64,000 bases of DNA from Candidatus Tectimicrobiota bacterium (GCA_016192135.1 JACPUR010000014.1:10909-74908), one strand, 5' to 3'. Shown: positions 36,804 to 46,301, counted from the first letter of the stretch. The notes: generated by a model not told the origin, from the sequence alone. Made by a program: numbers and translations.

Positions 36804-38384
36804 ATGATGTGGACGCGGACCGCGGCCGTCATGGCCGCCCTGGCCCTCGTCCTGGCCCCCGCGGCCGGGGCGGAGGCCGCCAAGCGCGGCGGCACGCTGC
36901 GCATCGGAATCGAGGGCGAGGCGCCGGACCTGAACGTCATCGGCATCAACTTCGCCCGCAAGGTGTACCGCGAGGCGATGGGCAACGGCCTGGTCCGCCT
37001 CGACGAGAACTTCGAGGTCGTGGGAGACGCGGCCAAGGAGTGGGAGGTCTCCGAGGACGGGCGCATCATCACCTTCAAGCTCCATCCCGGGGGCACCTAC
37101 CACGACGGCGCCCCGCTCGACGCCGCGTCCGTCAAGTGGAACCTCGACCTCATCAACAAGACGGCCCCGAAGTGGGCCGAGGAGATGAAGAAGAAGAACC
37201 CCAAGTACAAGTGGCGCAACATCTGGGTGGGCTATCTCTTCCACATCGACCAGGTGGATGTCATCGACAAGTACACCGTCCGGGTCCGCCAGAAGGACCT
37301 GGGCAAGGCGCAGACCTTCGACGCCATGTCGAGCGCCTTCTCCCGCTTCGTGCTCGTCTCGCCCAAGGCCTACGACACGGACCTCGAGAAGTTCCGCCTC
37401 CACCCGGTCCTGAGCGGTCCCTTCAAGTTCGTGGAGTGGAAGCGCAACCAGCACCTCTTCGCCGAGCGCCACAAGGGCTACTTCGACAAGAACCTGCCCT
37501 ACGTGGACCGGATCGAGTTCTACTTCATGCCGGACGCCAACCAGCGGATGAACGCCCTGGCCGCCGGGCAGATCGACATCATCAACAACCTGCCCCTCCC
37601 GCTCTACGAGACGGCGAAGAAGACCGAGGGGGTGAAGGTGCTGGTAGGCCCCAACACCATCAACTACGCCGTGCCCATCAACGGCCAGATGGACCCGTGG
37701 AAGGACGTGCGCGTCCGCCGGGCCCTCGGCTGCTACGGCATCGACCGGGCCCAGATCGTGAGGACCGCTCTGCGGGGGCTCGGCAAGCCCTGGGCGAGCT
37801 ACTCCCCCGCCGGCGCCAAGGACGCCCTGGACCTCACGAAGGAGTGCCCCCACGACCCCGCCAAGGCGAAGAAGCTCCTCGCCGAGGCGGGCTACGGGCC
37901 GGGCAAGCCGCTCAAGATCACCCTGACCACCAACAACTCCGACCCGGCCCACCTCGAGGTGTCCCAGGCGCTCAAGTCCCAGTTTGGCCAGCTCGGGGTC
38001 GACATGGAGATCCGCGTGGTGGACTACGCCACCTGGAACCGCGCCTTCGTCGCCCAGCGCCGGCTCCAGCTCACGCTGCAGAACACCCTCTCCTCCCGGA
38101 CGGTGAACAGCAACTCGCACACCATCCACTCCAAGTCGGGGATCGACTATTACAACATCAAGGATCCCAAGGTGGACGCCTTCCTCGACGAGTGGCGCTC
38201 CAACATCGACCCCCGCAAGCAGCTCGAGGCCAGCCACAAGCTCCAGCGCTACATGGTGGAGCAGGGGTACTACCCCAACATCGCCAGCTTCGGCCTCCTG
38301 CAGGCGGCGCGGGACTACGTGAAAGGATTCACGAATCTTGGTAAGCTCATGCTCGACTACAGGGCCGTCTGGCTGGACAAGTAA
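36804..38384 (+). CDS. ABC substrate-binding protein family 5, tandem paralog 3
   Basis: MMWTRTAAVMAALALVLAPAAGAEAAKRGGTLRI. Collinear with paralogs 1 and 2. Confidence 0.9.
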   Translation: MMWTRTAAVMAALALVLAPAAGAEAAKRGGTLRIGIEGEAPDLNVIGINFARKVYREAMGNGLVRLDENFEVVGDAAKEWEVSEDGRIITFKLHPGGTYHDGAPLDAASVKWNLDLINKTAPKWAEEMKKKNPKYKWRNIWVGYLFHIDQVDVIDKYTVRVRQKDLGKAQTFDAMSSAFSRFVLVSPKAYDTDLEKFRLHPVLSGPFKFVEWKRNQHLFAERHKGYFDKNLPYVDRIEFYFMPDANQRMNALAAGQIDIINNLPLPLYETAKKTEGVKVLVGPNTINYAVPINGQMDPWKDVRVRRALGCYGIDRAQIVRTALRGLGKPWASYSPAGAKDALDLTKECPHDPAKAKKLLAEAGYGPGKPLKITLTTNNSDPAHLEVSQALKSQFGQLGVDMEIRVVDYATWNRAFVAQRRLQLTLQNTLSSRTVNSNSHTIHSKSGIDYYNIKDPKVDAFLDEWRSNIDPRKQLEASHKLQRYMVEQGYYPNIASFGLLQAARDYVKGFTNLGKLMLDYRAVWLDK

Positions 38385-38402
38385 CATGAGGTTCGGAGGA
38401 CG

Positions 38403-39350
38403 ATGCGGTCATACATCATCCGGCGCCTGCTGCTGCTGATCCCGACCCTGCTCGGGATCACCATGGTGATTTTCCTGGCGATCCAGTCGATCCCGGGCGA
38501 CCCAATCGAGGCCTACCTCGGCCAGTACTATGAGGAGGAGCTCGCGGCCTCGCTCCGCAGGCAGTACGGCCTGGACAAGCCCGTCTACGTCCAATACGTG
38601 CTTTGGCTCGGCCGGCTGGCCCGGGGGGACTGGGGCAAGGAGGTCCTCTCGGGCCTGCCGGTCCTGGAGCAGATACTCGAGCGCCTGCCCATCAGCCTCG
38701 AGCTCATCTTCGGCGCCATGATCGTGGCTCTCATGGTGGCCCTGCCGGCGGGCATCATCTCGGCCACCCGGCCCTACACGGCCAGCGACTACACCGCCAT
38801 GACCAGCTCCATGGTGGGCATCTCGGTGCCGGAGTTCTTCGGGGGCATCCTCCTGGTGCTCCTGTTCTCGCTGGGGCTGGGCATCCTGCCTGTCCAGGGC
38901 TACAAGCCCTGGTCGCAGGGGGCCGCCGAGCACGTCACGCACATGGTCCTGCCGGTGCTCACCCTGGGCCTCACCCGGGGCGCGCTGCTCACCCGCATGG
39001 TGCGCGGCTGCATGCTGGAGGTCGTGGGCCTGGACTACGTCAAGACGGCCCGGGCCAAGGGTTCGCCCGAGTTCCTGGTCATCTGCAAGCACGCCCTGAA
39101 GAACGCCCTCATCCCGGTGGTCACGGTGATGGGGCTCCAGGTCGGCTTCCTGGTGGGCGGCTCCATCGTGGTCGAGACCATCTTCTCCGTGCCCGGGCTC
39201 GGGCAGTACGGCATCAACGCCATCGCCAGCCGGGACTACCCTGCCGTGATGGGCTTCATTCTGGTATCATCGTCCATCTTCGTCCTGGCGAACCTGACGG
39301 TGGACCTGGTATACGCGTTCCTGGATCCGAGGATTCGTTATGAGAACTGA
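38403..39350 (+). CDS. ABC transporter permease (DppB/OppB-like)
   Basis: MRSYIIRRLLLLIPTLLGITMVIFLAI… and the EAA-loop region …DYVKTARAKG…. Confidence 0.9.
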   Translation: MRSYIIRRLLLLIPTLLGITMVIFLAIQSIPGDPIEAYLGQYYEEELAASLRRQYGLDKPVYVQYVLWLGRLARGDWGKEVLSGLPVLEQILERLPISLELIFGAMIVALMVALPAGIISATRPYTASDYTAMTSSMVGISVPEFFGGILLVLLFSLGLGILPVQGYKPWSQGAAEHVTHMVLPVLTLGLTRGALLTRMVRGCMLEVVGLDYVKTARAKGSPEFLVICKHALKNALIPVVTVMGLQVGFLVGGSIVVETIFSVPGLGQYGINAIASRDYPAVMGFILVSSSIFVLANLTVDLVYAFLDPRIRYEN

Positions 39351-40293
39351 ACCCGCCCGCCAGGGCGCCCTGGCCGGGAACGGCCGCGCCGGCGCCCAGC
39401 TCGGGGAGATGGGAGGGCGCCCGGCAGGCCTCCCGGGGCCGGAGGAGCCCGGCTACGAGTCCATGCTGCTGATGATCTGGCGCAACCTGTGCCGGAGCAA
39501 GACCGCCATTGCCGGCCTCGTCGTCGTCGTCGGCCTCGTCCTGACCGCCCTGACGGCCGACTTCATCGCCCCCTACTCCTTCGAGAACCCGGCCGCGGGC
39601 AGCCTGCAACCGCCCTCCCTGAGGCATCCCTTCGGCACCGACCCCCTCGGCCGCGACATCCTGACCCGGGTGATCTACGGCACCCGGGTGGCCCTGTTCG
39701 TGGGCCTGGGCTCCATCAGCCTCGCGGTGCTGTTCGGCATCCCGCTCGGGATCAGCTCGGGCTACTACGGCGGCTGGATCGACCTGCTCGTCATGCGCCT
39801 GATGGACTTGATCCTGGCCTTTCCCACCTTCCTCCTGGCCATCGTGATCATGGTCATCCTGGGCCCCAGCACGAAGAACGTGGTGCTGGCCCTGGCCATC
39901 GTGCGCATCCCCATCTTCGCGCGCGTCATCCGGGGGAGCGTCCTCACCGTGAAAGAGCTCGACTACGTCTCCGGCGCCCGGAGCATCTCCGCCTCCGACG
40001 TCCGGCTCCTCTTCCGGCACATCCTGCCCAACTGCCTCGCCCCCATCATCGTCACGGCCACCGTGTCCATCGCCTTCGCCATCCTGGTGGAGGCCAACCT
40101 CTCGTTCCTCGGCCTGGGCACCCAGCCCCCGACGCCCTCCTGGGGCTTCGACCTGAAGCAGAACATGACCTCCCTCTCCGAGCGGCCGTTCATCGTCGTC
40201 GCGCCGGGGCTGGCGATCATGTTCACGGTCCTGGGCTTCAACCTCTTCGGCGACGGCCTGCGGGACGCCCTCGACCCCCGCACCCGCAACTGA
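39340..40293 (+). CDS. ABC transporter permease (DppC/OppC-like)
   Basis: …HPFGTDPLGRDILTRVIYG… …DYVSGARSISAS… The start overlaps the upstream stop. The N-terminal 40 aa are uncertain. Confidence 0.85.
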   Translation: MRTEPARQGALAGNGRAGAQLGEMGGRPAGLPGPEEPGYESMLLMIWRNLCRSKTAIAGLVVVVGLVLTALTADFIAPYSFENPAAGSLQPPSLRHPFGTDPLGRDILTRVIYGTRVALFVGLGSISLAVLFGIPLGISSGYYGGWIDLLVMRLMDLILAFPTFLLAIVIMVILGPSTKNVVLALAIVRIPIFARVIRGSVLTVKELDYVSGARSISASDVRLLFRHILPNCLAPIIVTATVSIAFAILVEANLSFLGLGTQPPTPSWGFDLKQNMTSLSERPFIVVAPGLAIMFTVLGFNLFGDGLRDALDPRTRN

Positions 40294-40331
40294 GCCTCGC
40301 GGTCCGGCCTCTCCGGACCGGGGAAGCGCGC

Positions 40332-41504
40332 ATGGAATTCCGGCTCACCGAACGCCAGCTCGCGCTCCAGGGGATGGCCCGGGAGTTCGCCCGCAGGGAG
40401 ATCCGCCCGGTCGCCCGCGAGCTCGACCGGCGCCCCGACCCCAAGGACCGCAGCCCCGTCGAGGTCCTGGACAAGGCGAGCCGCCTCGGCCTGAGGACGC
40501 TGGGCCTGGCCGAGGAGTGGGGCGGCGGCGGGGCCGACATGGTGACGCTGTGCATCGTGGGGGAGGAGCTCGGCTGGGGCGACCTCGGCACGAGCGTCAT
40601 CCTGGAGCAGGACTGGAAGCTCTCCCGCGTCTTCGAGACCCTGATGACGGAGGAGCAGAAGGGGCGCTTCCTCCGGGCCTTCGCCGGGGACCACCGCTAC
40701 CACTTCAGCATCGCCGGCACCGAGCCCGACTCGGGCTCGGACAACCTCATCCCCGTCGACGCCCCGGGCGCCGGGATGCACACCTCCGCCGTCCGCAAGG
40801 GCGCGGGCTGGGTGATCAACGGCATGAAGCACTTCATCTTCAACGCCGGCCTCTCCAAGCTCTACATGGTGAACACCCGCACCGACCCCTCGGCCGGCAT
40901 CACCAAGGGGACGACCTTCTTCCTCCTGACCCCGGACATGGAGGGCTTCTCCTACGGCCGCTACCACGACAAGCTGGGCATGCGCCTGGGCCCCAACCGC
41001 GAGCTCGTCTTCCGCGACCTCCAGGCGCCGGACGGGAACCGCCTGGGCGAGGTGAACGGCGCCTACCAGGCCCGCCGCAAGGTGCGCGGCTCGAACATCG
41101 AGGCGGTGGGTCCCTGCCTCGGCGTGGCCCGCGCCGCCTACGAGGACGCCCTGGAGTACGCCCGCAACCGCGTCCAGGGGGGCAGGCCCATCATCGGGCA
41201 CCAGGCGGTCGGGTTCCTGCTCTGCGACTGCTTCGTCCAGCTCGAGGCCGCCCGGCGGCTCCTCCACTACGCCGCCTGGACGGCCGAGGACCCCGCCATC
41301 TACGACCCCAAGATGGCCTTCATGACCAAGGCCTACATGGGGGAGACCTGCTTCGACGTGGTCCGCAAGGCGCTCGAGGTCTGGGGCGGCATGGGCTACA
41401 TGACCGAGGCCCCCATGGAGAAGTACCTCCGGGACGTGACCGCCTTCCTCCACTCCGAGGCCACGAACCAGGTCATGCGCGTCCGCTCCATGCCGTTCCT
41501 ATAA
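40332..41504 (+). CDS. acyl-CoA dehydrogenase family protein
   Basis: MEFRLTERQLALQGMAREFARREIRPVAREL… …TEPDSGSD… Trimmed from ORF 39489-41504. Confidence 0.85.
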   Translation: MEFRLTERQLALQGMAREFARREIRPVARELDRRPDPKDRSPVEVLDKASRLGLRTLGLAEEWGGGGADMVTLCIVGEELGWGDLGTSVILEQDWKLSRVFETLMTEEQKGRFLRAFAGDHRYHFSIAGTEPDSGSDNLIPVDAPGAGMHTSAVRKGAGWVINGMKHFIFNAGLSKLYMVNTRTDPSAGITKGTTFFLLTPDMEGFSYGRYHDKLGMRLGPNRELVFRDLQAPDGNRLGEVNGAYQARRKVRGSNIEAVGPCLGVARAAYEDALEYARNRVQGGRPIIGHQAVGFLLCDCFVQLEAARRLLHYAAWTAEDPAIYDPKMAFMTKAYMGETCFDVVRKALEVWGGMGYMTEAPMEKYLRDVTAFLHSEATNQVMRVRSMPFL

Positions 41505-41564
41505 GCCCCTGCCGGCGGCCCCCGCCGGCGCGTCCTTATCCCCGCTCCACCGCGAGAGAAGACC

Positions 41565-42548
41565 ATGCGAGCCATGCGGATCCACGCCTACAGCGACACC
41601 CTCGGCGAGCCCCTGCGCCTGGACGAGGTCCCCGTCCCCGAGCCGGGGCCGGGCGAGCTCCTCGTCCGGGTGAAGGCCGCCGGGGTGAACCCCATCGACC
41701 TCTCCATCCGCCGGGGGCTGCCGAACTACGTGGCCGGCCTCAGGCTCCCCCACTTGCTGGGGAGCGAGTGCGCGGGCGAAGTGGCGGCCCTGGGCAAGGG
41801 CGTCCAGGGCTTCAAGGAGGGCGACCGGGTGTTCGCCTACTGCCCCAGGCGGGAGGCCTACGCCGACTACACCCTCATGGAGGCGCGCTCCGCCGCCCGG
41901 CTGCCCGGCTCCATCTCCTTCTCCGACGGGGCCGCCCTCCCGGTGGCCTTCCAGACGGCCTGGCACGCCCTCGTCCTCCAGGCCCAGGCCGGGCCCGGCG
42001 AGGCCGTGCTGGTCCAGGGCGGGGCCGGGGGCGTGGGGATCGCCTCCATCCAGCTCGCCCGGGCGCTGGGCTGCCGGGTGCTCACCACCGTCAGCTCGGA
42101 GGAGAAGGCCGCCTTCTGCCGCACCCACGGGGCCCACGAGACCATCAACTACAAGAAAGAGGACTTCGCCGCCCGCTGCCGGGAGCTGACCGGGGGCCGG
42201 GGCGCGGACGTCATCGTGGAGCTGGCCGCCTGCGACAACCTCGACAAGGACCTGGACGCCATCCCGGCCGGGGGCCGGGTCGTCCTGGTGGGGATGGGGA
42301 CCGGAAAGGGCCCCATGACCACCTTCCGCGTCTCGGGGGTGATGGGGAAGAACGCCCGCGTCCTCGGCATCGCGGCCCGGAACCTCGAGCCCCACATCCC
42401 CGAGGTGAACCGCCGCCTGGACGCCCTGTGGGAGAAGAGCGGCTTCCGGGTGCCCGTGGACCAGGAGATGCCCCTCGCGAAGGCGAACGAGTGCCACGAG
42501 CTCTTGCGGAGCGGGCGCTTCCTGGGCAAGCTGGTCCTCGTCCCCTGA
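41565..42548 (+). CDS. NADPH:quinone oxidoreductase / MDR family zinc-independent dehydrogenase
   Basis: …GELLVRVKAAGVNPIDL… …VLVQGGAGGVGIASIQLAR…. Confidence 0.85.
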   Translation: MRAMRIHAYSDTLGEPLRLDEVPVPEPGPGELLVRVKAAGVNPIDLSIRRGLPNYVAGLRLPHLLGSECAGEVAALGKGVQGFKEGDRVFAYCPRREAYADYTLMEARSAARLPGSISFSDGAALPVAFQTAWHALVLQAQAGPGEAVLVQGGAGGVGIASIQLARALGCRVLTTVSSEEKAAFCRTHGAHETINYKKEDFAARCRELTGGRGADVIVELAACDNLDKDLDAIPAGGRVVLVGMGTGKGPMTTFRVSGVMGKNARVLGIAARNLEPHIPEVNRRLDALWEKSGFRVPVDQEMPLAKANECHELLRSGRFLGKLVLVP

Positions 42549-42574
42549 CCGAATTCATCGAGGAGGAAGGCTTC

Positions 42575-43456
42575 ATGGCCGAACGGCTGGGCTACATCGG
42601 CTTGGGCAAGATGGGGCTGGCGCTCTCCCGGGCGCTCATTAAGGACGGCCACGCCGTCTCGGGCTACGACACCGACCCCGCGCGCTTGAAGCTCCTGAAG
42701 GAAGCGGGCGGCACCCCCTGCGCCTCGGCCAAGGAGGTGGCCGAGCGCTCCGACGTCACCTTCTCCATCCTCCTCAAGCCCGAGCACATCGAGGGGAACC
42801 TCTTCGGCCCGAACAGCCTCACCGAGGCGAAGAAGAAGGGCCTCATCCACGTCGAGATGAGCACCATGTACCCGAGCTGGCAGGCCGAGCTCGCGAAGAA
42901 GCTCGAGGCCCACGGCGTCGAGATGCTCGACGCCCCCATCTCGGGCTCCCACCCCAAGGTGGACGACCGCACCATCTCCATCATGGTCGGGGGAAAGCGC
43001 GAGGTCTTCGACCGCGTCCATCCCATCCTCAAGCCCCTGGCCTCGGGGGTGGACTACACCGGGCCGAGCGGCACCGGGGCCACCATGAAGGTGGTGACAA
43101 ACCTCTACGTGAATTCTTCCGTCGCCCTCCTGTGCGAGATGATCCTCCTGGGGGAGCGCTGCGGCCTCTCCCACGAGACCATGATGACCTGCCTGCGCAA
43201 GGGCTCGGTCCGGGGCGCCATGCTCGAACAGACCGCCCCCCGCATCATGGGGCGCGACTTCGCCCCGCGCGGCGCCGTCGAGATCTTCGTCAAGGACATG
43301 GGCATGGCCGTCAAGCTCGCCAAGGAGAAGGGCTTCGACCTCCAGGTGGTGAAGGCGGCCCGCGAGATGTTCCAGCGCGCCGAGGCCGCCGGCTGGGCCA
43401 AGGACGACGCCACCCGGGTGCTGGAGGTGTACGAGGGGAAGGACAGGAAGGGGTAG
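42575..43456 (+). CDS. NAD(P)-dependent oxidoreductase, 3-hydroxyisobutyrate dehydrogenase family
   Basis: LGYIGLGKMGLALSRALIKDGHAVSGYD… ATG follows GAGGAGGAAGG. It is the only credible part of ORF 40517-43456. Confidence 0.85.
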   Translation: MAERLGYIGLGKMGLALSRALIKDGHAVSGYDTDPARLKLLKEAGGTPCASAKEVAERSDVTFSILLKPEHIEGNLFGPNSLTEAKKKGLIHVEMSTMYPSWQAELAKKLEAHGVEMLDAPISGSHPKVDDRTISIMVGGKREVFDRVHPILKPLASGVDYTGPSGTGATMKVVTNLYVNSSVALLCEMILLGERCGLSHETMMTCLRKGSVRGAMLEQTAPRIMGRDFAPRGAVEIFVKDMGMAVKLAKEKGFDLQVVKAAREMFQRAEAAGWAKDDATRVLEVYEGKDRKG

Positions 43457-43532
43457 GGGCGAGGCATGCCTCGCCCAGATCAGGCGGCATGGCAGGGTTT
43501 GGTTGTAGGGGCGGTTCGCGAACCGCCCCTGC
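43453..43532. repeat. two family-A REP-like units
   Basis: GTAGGGGCGAGGCATGCCTCGCCC and GTAGGGGCGGTTCGCGAACCGCCCCTGC (the latter recurs at 61284-61311). Confidence 0.65.
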
Positions 43533-43597
43533 GGATGAACGGCACCGAAGGCGAAACGCCGCGATTATCCGATCCCATCCCACAGGAGGCCCATCCC

Positions 43598-44788
43598 GTG
43601 CCGGACGCCCAGGAACGCATCCTCGCCCGCGTGAGCCGCGACTCCGTCGTCGGGATGACCCGCGAGCTGGTGCGCCGGCCGAGCGTGAACCCGCCCGGGG
43701 ACTATGCCGCGGTCGCCGACGAGGCCGAGCGGCTGATGCGCGAGGTGGGGCTCGTGGACATCCGGCGCTCGATCGGGGAGCCCGGCCGCCCGAACATCGT
43801 CGGCCGCCTGCCCGGCGCGGGCGGGGGGCCCGCCTTCTGCCTCTCCTCCCACATGGACGTGGTGGACCCGGGCGACCTCTCGGCCTGGAAGTACCCTCCC
43901 TTCGAGGCCCGGGTGGAGGAGGGCATCCTCTGGGGCCGGGGCACGGCCGACTCCAAGGGCATGCTCGCCGGGATGCTGGAAGCGATCCGCGCCATCCGCG
44001 CCTCCGGTGTCCGGCTCAAGGGGGACCTCTGGTTCGTGGCCGCCGTGGACGACGAGACCGCCGGGCGCTACGGCCTGCGCTACCCCTTCGAGAAGGGCCT
44101 CGTGCCCGCCCGGGCCGCCATCCTGGGCGAGGCCACCAACTTCGACGTCCCCCACGTCTTCAAGGGGCGCATCTGGTTCGAGCTCGACGTCATCGGCAAG
44201 GCCAGCCACGGCGCCTTCCCGGAGGACGGGGTGAACGCCATCGAGAAGGCCGGCGACGTCATCCGGGCGGTGAAGGGCATCGCCCTCCCCGGCCACCCGC
44301 GCCTCGGGAAGGACACCGTGAGCGTGGGCACCATCCGGGGGGGCAAGGTGGTGAACGTGGGGGCCGAGCTCTGCACCCCCGCCTTCGACATCCGCTGGTG
44401 GCCCCCCCTCACCAGCCGGGACATCCGGGACAAGGTGAAGGAGGCGGCCGAGAGCGCCGCCCGCGCGGGCGGCTTCCGCGTCTCCGATCTCCGGGCGAGC
44501 GAGGAGCGCGACCCCCTGGAGTTCTCCGAGGGCTCCGGCCTCGTCCGCGCCGTGCGCGCCGCCTGCAAGACGGTGCGCGGCAAGGAGGCCGGCCTCATCG
44601 GCTGGTACTCGAGCGGGGAGATCTTCCACATGCACCGGAACGGCAACATCGAGGCCGGCGCCCTCTTCGGCCCCGGCGAGCCCTGGCAGGCCCACGCCAT
44701 CGACGAGCACATCACCCTCCAGGATTTGGAGGACGGGGCCAAGGTCTACGCGCTAATTGCGCTGGAGATGTGCGGGGGGGAGGGGTAG
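43598..44788 (+). CDS. M20 family metallopeptidase (ArgE/DapE/ACY1-like)
   Basis: …LVRRPSVNPPG… …SSHMDVVDPG… …GRGTADSKG… GTG 43598 follows AGGAGG; the start is uncertain. Confidence 0.8.
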   Translation: MPDAQERILARVSRDSVVGMTRELVRRPSVNPPGDYAAVADEAERLMREVGLVDIRRSIGEPGRPNIVGRLPGAGGGPAFCLSSHMDVVDPGDLSAWKYPPFEARVEEGILWGRGTADSKGMLAGMLEAIRAIRASGVRLKGDLWFVAAVDDETAGRYGLRYPFEKGLVPARAAILGEATNFDVPHVFKGRIWFELDVIGKASHGAFPEDGVNAIEKAGDVIRAVKGIALPGHPRLGKDTVSVGTIRGGKVVNVGAELCTPAFDIRWWPPLTSRDIRDKVKEAAESAARAGGFRVSDLRASEERDPLEFSEGSGLVRAVRAACKTVRGKEAGLIGWYSSGEIFHMHRNGNIEAGALFGPGEPWQAHAIDEHITLQDLEDGAKVYALIALEMCGGEG

Positions 44789-44829
44789 AACTCCGAGCGA
44801 CGCAAAACGGCCCGGTTTTTCGGCCCTTT

Positions 44830-45576
44830 CTATGACTGCGTTGGAGGATTTTGGCGAGCTTCAAATTGCTGGCGCGAATTGCGAACTAGGTTGGCAACCA
44901 AATTTCCCTGAGTGCCAAATATCTGGAATAGCCGGTTGCCAGTAACAAAACTTTGTTCTCGTTGAGCCCATTGATTCAAGGCACCGGTAATTAGCATTAC
45001 ATCGGCAGCACTTAAGTCAAGTAATTGGCGAACAAAACGATGATATAGACTTCCTTCCTGATATTCATTTTCTGATGGCAAATCTCCTTGTGCAAAAAAA
45101 TTGGCGCACGATGCATAATAATAAACAGCCAAATACATTGAGAGGGCCGATTCCCGTAGAATATTTCTGTCCACTTCATTTTGAAGTAAAGGGACATTAT
45201 GGCCGCGAATAATCTCGCCGGTAACAACTCTATTTGGTTGTTCTGGTTCGATTAGCCCATTTCGCTGTGAAGCGGCTAGCTCTCGCATTAGCGGGCCTAG
45301 CTGGCTCATTATTTCCGCCATGGTTTCTGGTGGTCGCGTTTGTTGCCCTATTATCCCGGTCAGTTCCCTTAATTGCTGTCGAGATATATCTGCCAAAGTT
45401 TTGGTCTGCGATCTAATACCCTCCAAGGCTACGGAGGCCTCACGTTCACCTTTTTGCCCGAAGTAAAAGAAGGCAACGCTTAAAGCAATAGCTACGACCC
45501 CAAGTAATACTGACACAATACCCGCCACAAGGCCACTGATTGACAACCAATCCAAGGGGATAGTCTGAACAGGCAT
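44830..45576 (-). CDS. orphan membrane-anchored protein (one N-terminal TM), unknown function
   Basis: 248-aa ORF occupying a low-GC islet. TM segment LSISGLVAGIVSVLLGVVAIALSVAFFYF. I recognise no family motif. Confidence 0.55.
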   Translation of the reverse strand: MPVQTIPLDWLSISGLVAGIVSVLLGVVAIALSVAFFYFGQKGEREASVALEGIRSQTKTLADISRQQLRELTGIIGQQTRPPETMAEIMSQLGPLMRELAASQRNGLIEPEQPNRVVTGEIIRGHNVPLLQNEVDRNILRESALSMYLAVYYYASCANFFAQGDLPSENEYQEGSLYHRFVRQLLDLSAADVMLITGALNQWAQREQSFVTGNRLFQIFGTQGNLVANLVRNSRQQFEARQNPPTQS

Positions 45577-45621
45577 TGTAATCTCCTACGATGGGCGTTA
45601 AAAAACGGACTGTATAATTAG

Positions 45622-45699
45622 CTTAGGGCAAATAGAAAATTGAAGAAATCCCCCTCCCTCTTGCGGGCGCTGGAGCGGGAACTGGGGAGGCCGCAATGA
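45622..45699 (+). pseudogene. possible 3' remnant of a toxin-like partner gene truncated by the low-GC insertion
   Basis: A short open frame ending …SLLRALERELGRPQ* whose TGA overlaps the ATG of the HTH gene (ATGA). The GC-rich part begins abruptly at about 45648. This is inference only. Confidence 0.25.
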
Positions 45700-46058
45700 C
45701 CCCGAAACTCCACAAGAGCCCGGACAACCTCTTCGCGGACCTGGGAAGGCCCGACGCGGAGGAGGCCTACCTGCGGGCGCGGCTCCTCGGCCAGATTCTC
45801 GCCGCCGTGGAGCGGATGGGGCTGACGCAGGGGGACCTGGCCCGGCTGCTCGGCATCAAGCAGCCCGAGGCGTCCAACCTCATGCGCGGCAAGCTCTCGC
45901 GCTTCTCGCTGGAGCGGCTCGTGGCGTACCTGCTCGCCCTGGGCGGGGACGTGGAGGTCGCCGTGCGCTGGAAGAAAGGGAGGGCGTGCGGGAAACCGGG
46001 CGTTCTCCGCTTCGCGGAGCGGCGGGCTAGCCTGTCCGGAAAACTCTCCGACATTTGA
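45696..46058 (+). CDS. XRE-family HTH protein (HigA-like antitoxin type)
   Basis: …NLFADLGRPDAEEAYLRARLLGQI…GLTQGDLARLLGIKQPEASNLMRGKLSRFSLERLVAYLLALG…. Confidence 0.8.
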   Translation: MTPKLHKSPDNLFADLGRPDAEEAYLRARLLGQILAAVERMGLTQGDLARLLGIKQPEASNLMRGKLSRFSLERLVAYLLALGGDVEVAVRWKKGRACGKPGVLRFAERRASLSGKLSDI

Positions 46059-46093
46059 CAGTGATTGGTTGGTCTGCCTACCGGATGGAAGGT

Positions 46094-46173
46094 GTCATTC
46101 CGAGGGAGCGTAGTGACCGAGGAATCTACGGGGGCGGCGACTCACGAAGATTCCTCGCTGCGCTCGGAATGAC
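46094..46173. repeat. family-B inverted-repeat element
   Basis: GTCATTCCGAGGGAGCG…GAGGAATC…GAAGATTCCTCGCTGCGCTCGGAATGAC. Confidence 0.6.
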
Positions 46174-46225
46174 ATCGGAACCGCCAAACTTACCCACTAC
46201 CTAAAAATTTTCCGGGATGATTCCC

Positions 46226-46301
46226 TGGAGCCGACGAGGGGACTCGAACCCCTGACCTGCTGATTACGAATCAGCTGCTCTACCGGCTGAGCTACGTCGG
46301 C
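46226..46301 (-). tRNA. tRNA-Thr (anticodon CGU)
   Basis: 76-nt cloverleaf read by hand: GCCGACG/CGTCGGC acceptor stem, GCTC…GAGC D stem, GCTGA-TTCGTAA-TCAGC anticodon arm, AGGGG-TTCGAGT-CCCCT T arm, encoded CCA. Confidence 0.95.

Noticed and set aside
40517-43456. The 979-aa ORF spanning three genes.
   Set aside because: Only the last 293 codons (from ATG 42575 after GAGGAGG) give a recognisable dehydrogenase. The rest is a shadow frame over the ACAD and quinone-oxidoreductase genes.
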